In this document: positions 59,582 to 64,000 of the stretch, one piece after another | How positions within the stretch are numbered: the stretch's first letter is position 1 | How the letters are laid out: the number at the start of each line of letters is the position of its first letter | The notes under the pieces: generated by a model | Seen by the model: the letters and a program-made list of their open reading frames with translations, nothing else | What the model was told of the DNA's origin: nothing | The model's database searches: none | Made by a program: the position numbers and the translations under genes | Assembly: GCA_965216635.1 (NCBI GenBank) | Contig: OZ244188.1 | Span: 1,600,001 to 1,664,000, forward strand | Source: a bacterium | Lineage (GTDB): Bacteria; SAR324; XYD2-FULL-50-16; G965216635 | DNA length: 64,000 nucleotides | Reading direction: 5' to 3'

Positions 59582-59823
59582 GTAGAGACGTCCTATATGG
59601 GCGTCTCATAAATTTAGAACGTTTATTAAAAACAGCTTTTTGTGGTTTATGCACATCGTATAAGACGCCCTGTAGGGCGTCTCATAAATTTAGAACGTTT
59701 ATTAAAATATGTAGGTCTGTAGAGACGTCCTATATGGGCGTCTCATAAATTTAGAACGTTTATTAAAAACAGCTTTTTGTGGTTTATGCACATCATATAA
59801 GACGCCCTGTAGGGCGTCTCTAC
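59582..59823. repeat. Cluster of four GTAG-family REP-like palindromes forming two 137-bp doublets
   Basis: GTAGAGACGTCCTATATGGGCGTCTC at 59582 and 59719; AAGACGCCCTGTAGGGCGTCTC at 59662 and 59799, the last ending CTAC. Confidence 0.85.
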
Positions 59824-59859
59824 ATGTTATGCTATAAAATTCCCTGTAGTTTTTTTTTC

Positions 59860-61254
59860 TTAAAAACTCAAATGGAAGGAGATGCTGATGACGAGGGGTG
59901 CTTTGAGTTCGACATCGGTTTCTGTGGTTGTGGTTGTCTGAGTTCTTGTGGCTCCTGCTGGAGTTATGATTTCGTCTATATATACAGTTCTGCTGAGGAC
60001 TTGGGTTGCTTGTATTCTTCTATCACCGAGCGCAGTGTGATATGTAGCAAATCGAATGTCATCTACAGAACCCGCCGCAATTATTACACCAAATGTTGCT
60101 GAATCGCGTGCAGTCTGCGTTTCTTCAAAAGAGCGTGCACTGGGAGTAGTAGCAGTAGCAGTAGCAGTATTATTAGTGACACTACTTTTTAGAGAAACCC
60201 CCGAAATATACTTCGTCAAGCCGAAATTAAGCGATAGGTTGGAGGTTAATTTCTGCTTATAGCCGACTCTAAGCGCTGGGCTTGTGGCAGAGCCGCTGGT
60301 TAAACTATTGGTAAGCTTCATACTCGCTAGACCGCCTCCTACAAAAAGACCCTTGTTTACAAAATAATCCGCCATAACTAGCGTATTGGCGAGCTCGTTA
60401 GCTCCCCCCTTGCCAGTAAAGTGTGTCAAGGAGGCTCTCCATTTTTCCCACCTAAAGCCGAATTGCAGACCAATACCAGAAAGTTGATCGCTCTTGCTAC
60501 TAGTGATTGCTGTTGGATCCTCAGGTACAGAATTTGGAGTTGGAACTGAATCTGCAGTCGCTATCTTATAAGTAGAAGAATTAAAATCTTCAGTCTTTTG
60601 GAAAAAGTAGCTATAACAATGGGATGTTTCTCCAGTTACCCTTCCTGAACGAAAGTTTTTACTAGGAATAGTTTCGGAGTGAAAAGTTACAGTAGCATCA
60701 TTCGTAGAACTGAGAATATCAGCTAAAGACGGTTTTGTACCAGAATTAAAAGAAAGAAAAGTATCTCCTACAAAAGCGTATTCTCCATTTGAATCAACAG
60801 ATGTTTCACTTCTTTCACAGTTTGCCTCTGTTAAAGTTCTGATTCCAGTTGCTGTTGCATCAGCCCATATAGAATCCCCACCGGTTACGACTATTCTAGA
60901 GGTTGTCACTCCATAGCCTTTATTGCCAAGATCTTCATTGATTCTATAGCCTGTAGTAATAGCGTCTGTGATGGTTGTGATATTTGTGGTGACAGTTTTT
61001 GTGGTATCTACTTTAAAACCATTCAGATAGACAAAACCAGCGAAAAATCCCTGTTTGCTGTTACCATTCGCTTGGGCTTGCAGATTGCTGCCTCCAAAAG
61101 TAAAGGCACTTCCTATAAGAAGAGCGGGAATAAGAATAGCCGCCAAAACGAAACGAACCAAAGTAAAACGAACCAAAACGAAACGAGCCAGAGTAAAACG
61201 AACCAGCGAAAAAGCGAAAGTTTTCCTTAAAACTTGGGAATTTATGTTTTTCAT
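59860..61254 (-). CDS. Outer-membrane beta-barrel-like protein with two large insertions (family member 3)
   Basis: Conserved blocks near-identical to 31303-32661; C-terminal LKAPLVISISFHLSF. Confidence 0.78.
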   Translation of the reverse strand: MKNINSQVLRKTFAFSLVRFTLARFVLVRFTLVRFVLAAILIPALLIGSAFTFGGSNLQAQANGNSKQGFFAGFVYLNGFKVDTTKTVTTNITTITDAITTGYRINEDLGNKGYGVTTSRIVVTGGDSIWADATATGIRTLTEANCERSETSVDSNGEYAFVGDTFLSFNSGTKPSLADILSSTNDATVTFHSETIPSKNFRSGRVTGETSHCYSYFFQKTEDFNSSTYKIATADSVPTPNSVPEDPTAITSSKSDQLSGIGLQFGFRWEKWRASLTHFTGKGGANELANTLVMADYFVNKGLFVGGGLASMKLTNSLTSGSATSPALRVGYKQKLTSNLSLNFGLTKYISGVSLKSSVTNNTATATATTPSARSFEETQTARDSATFGVIIAAGSVDDIRFATYHTALGDRRIQATQVLSRTVYIDEIITPAGATRTQTTTTTETDVELKAPLVISISFHLSF

Positions 61255-61301
61255 AATCGTGTAGATAATTAGAATTTAGGTTAAATAACAAAACTTCATA
61301 A

Positions 61302-61443
61302 AGAATTGCAGAAAAAAAAAATCTTGTCAATGGCTTTATTTTATATTTAGTGGCTATTGGCAGTTTTTTTCTGTTTCTAGCTATTTTTTATTAGAATTGC
61401 AGAAAAAAATTTTCTTGTCAAGCTATTTTATTGGCTATTGGCA
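61302..61443 (-). promoter_or_regulatory. Two tandem sigma70-like promoters with TGCCAATAGCCA motif
   Basis: TTGACA-17 bp-AATTCT at 61330-61302 and 61421-61393, homologous to 32708-32929. Confidence 0.6.
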
Positions 61444-61719
61444 GTTTTTTTCTATTTTACAGATTTTTCTTAATAATCAAAGGTCTATATTCTATAGAAT
61501 TTAGCAAGAAAAACAAAAAAACTAGTAATCTCCTCGCTCAATCGCTTACTTATGAGATTTGTTGAATTAGTTTCTAAAATGAGATAATAGTATAATAGAC
61601 CTTTTGAAGGTAATCTTCAATAATAACATACTCCAGAAAAACTCAAATGGCAAAAAACATAACCCCGCAAATATCGTCAAAGCGAAATGCTAAAAAACTA
61701 AATTTTATAACAAAAAAAT

Positions 61720-64000
61720 ATGGCTATTGAAATATTAAAAAATCGTTGGGAACAAGATAGAGAATCTTTCAAAAATAAAGAAATAGGCGAACTACAGGAT
61801 TTTATTAGAGAAATATTGCAGGAAAAAAAATTATTTAATTTAAGACAAGGTAATCTTTCCTCTGCAGATGAGCATAGAGAAAATGAATTTACCATTGAAA
61901 CAGCAAAAAAAACTAGAAGGGCTGACTTTGTGATTTTTATCAAAGGAGTAGATATAGTAATTCCTGTAGAAGTTGAAAAGCACGGCAGTATTGAAAAAGG
62001 AGAAGAGCAACTTTTTCAATACCAAAGAGATTGGGATAAAAAATATGGAATTTTAACCGATGGCAATCAATGGAGGTTTTACCGTTCTAATATTCCCAGT
62101 AAACCTTTTTTTATACAAGATATATTCAATAACCCGCAAGATTTTATTACCTATTGGCAAAATTACATTAAACTTGAAAATTATTATCCAGAATGTTTTG
62201 CTCCATCAGATCAACTTTTCAATGCTGCTAAAATTGATCTCAATAAAAAAGAAAATAGAGAATTATTTTTTGATGATGTTACTAAAGTAATAAGAAACTT
62301 CAGAGGAAAGATGAAAGCCATTGGAGCTTTTGATACTCTACTAACCATAACAGAAAATGATAAACTTGCTGTGGAAACCTCTTACGCTTATCTCATTCAA
62401 TTTATTTTGTATAAAGTTTTAGTGGATAATGATTATAAAAAATTCAAGGGTGAATACAATAAGATGGTTGGAAATATAAAAAAAGCATTGTTGGATAAAA
62501 GCTATTATTTGCTAATTAGCAATGAAATGAAAAATATTTCTGAGTATATTTCACAGAATATTTACAATCCTTTTTCCAAAGAACAAAAATCTATCAATGC
62601 TAAACTTATTGAAAATTTGAAAACTGAGCTATCCATTGATGACATTGCTCCTTGGTTAGATATAATCTTATTTATCAAAAAATATGATTTTTCAAGACTT
62701 AAAAATGAGATTTTTGGCTTTATCTATGAAAATTATCTAAAAGAATTATACCAAGATAAAAACAAAGGGCAGTATTTCACAGACCCTGCAGTAGTGAATT
62801 TTATGATTGAAGAAATCGGCTATACAAAAGACGAAATTAAAAAAAAAGTTGCAGAGAAAAAAATATCTATTATTGATGCGAGTTGTGGGGCGGGAACTTT
62901 TCTTTACAGCGCTGTGGATAGACTCATTGATAGCTTTGACGACGGCAGAAAAGATCAAGCTAAACATATAGAAGAACTAATTGATAAAAATATTTTCGGA
63001 CTGGACATAGCAGAGTTTCCTTTATACTTAGCGGAGATGAATATTTTGATGAGAATGTTGCCATTAATCGTCAACAATAACTATGAAAATCCTATAAGCA
63101 ATAAATTAAAAATTTTTAAAACTAAAGACAGCATTGCTGAGTTTTTGGAGACAGGTATTAATGCAACAGTGGAAGAAAAAATTAGTTTGTTTGAACACCT
63201 TGAAAAGACAGATTTGGGTTATCGTTCTTTTATGAGAAGCGATGAAGATTTAAAAGAAATGTTAGAATCTATGCAAGCAAACGGAATAAAACGGGGCAGG
63301 TTTGACTATGTAATAGGCAATCCACCTTATGTTGGTTATCTTGAATGTTGCAAACAAAAAATAGAATTTATCCAAAAAATTAAAGATAAAAAAGATGCCT
63401 CTATTACTTTAGGCAATGTCTACGGTATGAATTTACACTCTATACCAAACAATGGAAAAAAATATAGACCCAATCCTAATTTGTATGCTTTTTTTATTGC
63501 ACTAGGGTTAGCTCTTTTAAAAGACAACGGAAAAATGGCGTACATTATACCGCAAACTATTCTTACCGCTGGAGATTTGGATGTTTTAAGATATCATCTT
63601 TCTAATTTAACAACCATTGAAAAAATTATAACCTTTGAAGGCAATATGTTTATAGGAAGAGGTTTAAAACAAAACAGACCAGTACCTACTTCGTCTTTGA
63701 TTTTTGTTTTAAAAAAAAGCAAACCTAAAGAAAACCATAGAGTCCAAATTGTAAATTACAAACCCTACACAAAAAAACAAGGGACAGACTTTGCAGAATA
63801 CATAAACTCAAAAAATAAAAGCACAAAAGAAATTTTACAAAATGAACTAATAGAAAATATTGCAAATTGGAATTTTATAAAACAAAGCAATCATTTTATA
63901 AATCTTATAAAAAAATATAACCAGCAAGAAAATATTAGTTATTATTATAACCATAAATTAGCTAATAGTTTATTCAAAAGTAATTTCTATTTTGATGGAG
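61720..64000 (+). CDS. Type IIG-like restriction-modification fusion (endonuclease + N6-adenine MTase), truncated by window end; not in ORF track
   Basis: In frame from ATG 61720: RADFV..VEVEK, GILTDGNQWRFY, KGQYFTD, IDASCGAGTFL and FDYVIGNPPY. Confidence 0.88.
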   Translation, partial: MAIEILKNRWEQDRESFKNKEIGELQDFIREILQEKKLFNLRQGNLSSADEHRENEFTIETAKKTRRADFVIFIKGVDIVIPVEVEKHGSIEKGEEQLFQYQRDWDKKYGILTDGNQWRFYRSNIPSKPFFIQDIFNNPQDFITYWQNYIKLENYYPECFAPSDQLFNAAKIDLNKKENRELFFDDVTKVIRNFRGKMKAIGAFDTLLTITENDKLAVETSYAYLIQFILYKVLVDNDYKKFKGEYNKMVGNIKKALLDKSYYLLISNEMKNISEYISQNIYNPFSKEQKSINAKLIENLKTELSIDDIAPWLDIILFIKKYDFSRLKNEIFGFIYENYLKELYQDKNKGQYFTDPAVVNFMIEEIGYTKDEIKKKVAEKKISIIDASCGAGTFLYSAVDRLIDSFDDGRKDQAKHIEELIDKNIFGLDIAEFPLYLAEMNILMRMLPLIVNNNYENPISNKLKIFKTKDSIAEFLETGINATVEEKISLFEHLEKTDLGYRSFMRSDEDLKEMLESMQANGIKRGRFDYVIGNPPYVGYLECCKQKIEFIQKIKDKKDASITLGNVYGMNLHSIPNNGKKYRPNPNLYAFFIALGLALLKDNGKMAYIIPQTILTAGDLDVLRYHLSNLTTIEKIITFEGNMFIGRGLKQNRPVPTSSLIFVLKKSKPKENHRVQIVNYKPYTKKQGTDFAEYINSKNKSTKEILQNELIENIANWNFIKQSNHFINLIKKYNQQENISYYYNHKLANSLFKSNFYFDG

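Noticed and set aside
59582..59823. Possible CRISPR array of palindromic repeats
   Set aside because: Spacers are duplicated and repeats alternate in type and orientation, which fits REP doublets.
1..64000. rRNA, tRNA, integrase, transposase or reverse transcriptase genes
   Set aside because: None recognised by eye or in the ORF track. A DGR or integron explanation for the variable genes is therefore unsupported within this window; tRNAscan/Infernal were not run.

Overview
An AT-rich chromosomal window from a Gram-negative bacterium (lgt, beta-barrel-type outer-membrane proteins). I cannot assign the taxon from sequence alone. The housekeeping backbone is sodA, rne, trkA, ilvE, a capD-like gene, thrC, ispF, pdxJ, xth, sdhCAB, uvrC, map, hom, tsaD, metG, lgt and rsmH. 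Five kinds of accessory DNA interrupt it. (1) An array at 21.3-23.8 kb of two paralogous 3-TM membrane proteins and six small ORFs sharing an 'ES' motif; four of the six are absent from the ORF track. (2) Three paralogous OMP-like genes with a conserved barrel core and two hypervariable insertions, one Cys-clasped. Two carry duplicated sigma70-like promoters, and one is sandwiched between twin hendecad coiled-coil genes. (3) A defence-like island at 36.3-49.7 kb: TA remnants, a LOG-kinase-methyltransferase / epimerase / double glycosyltransferase operon, a nuclease-STAND ATPase and an MmeI-like R-M gene. Outside the island lie an orphan DNA MTase, a Panacea pair and a type IIG R-M gene that runs off the right end. 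(4) More than a dozen copies of a modular palindromic MITE-like element (termini TAGACYTTTGAATT...AATTCAAARGTCTA) and GTAG-type REP clusters. (5) Many in-frame tandem micro-duplications and 5'-end duplications. I recognised no rRNA, tRNA or CRISPR array. All family assignments are by motif recognition; no database search was run.
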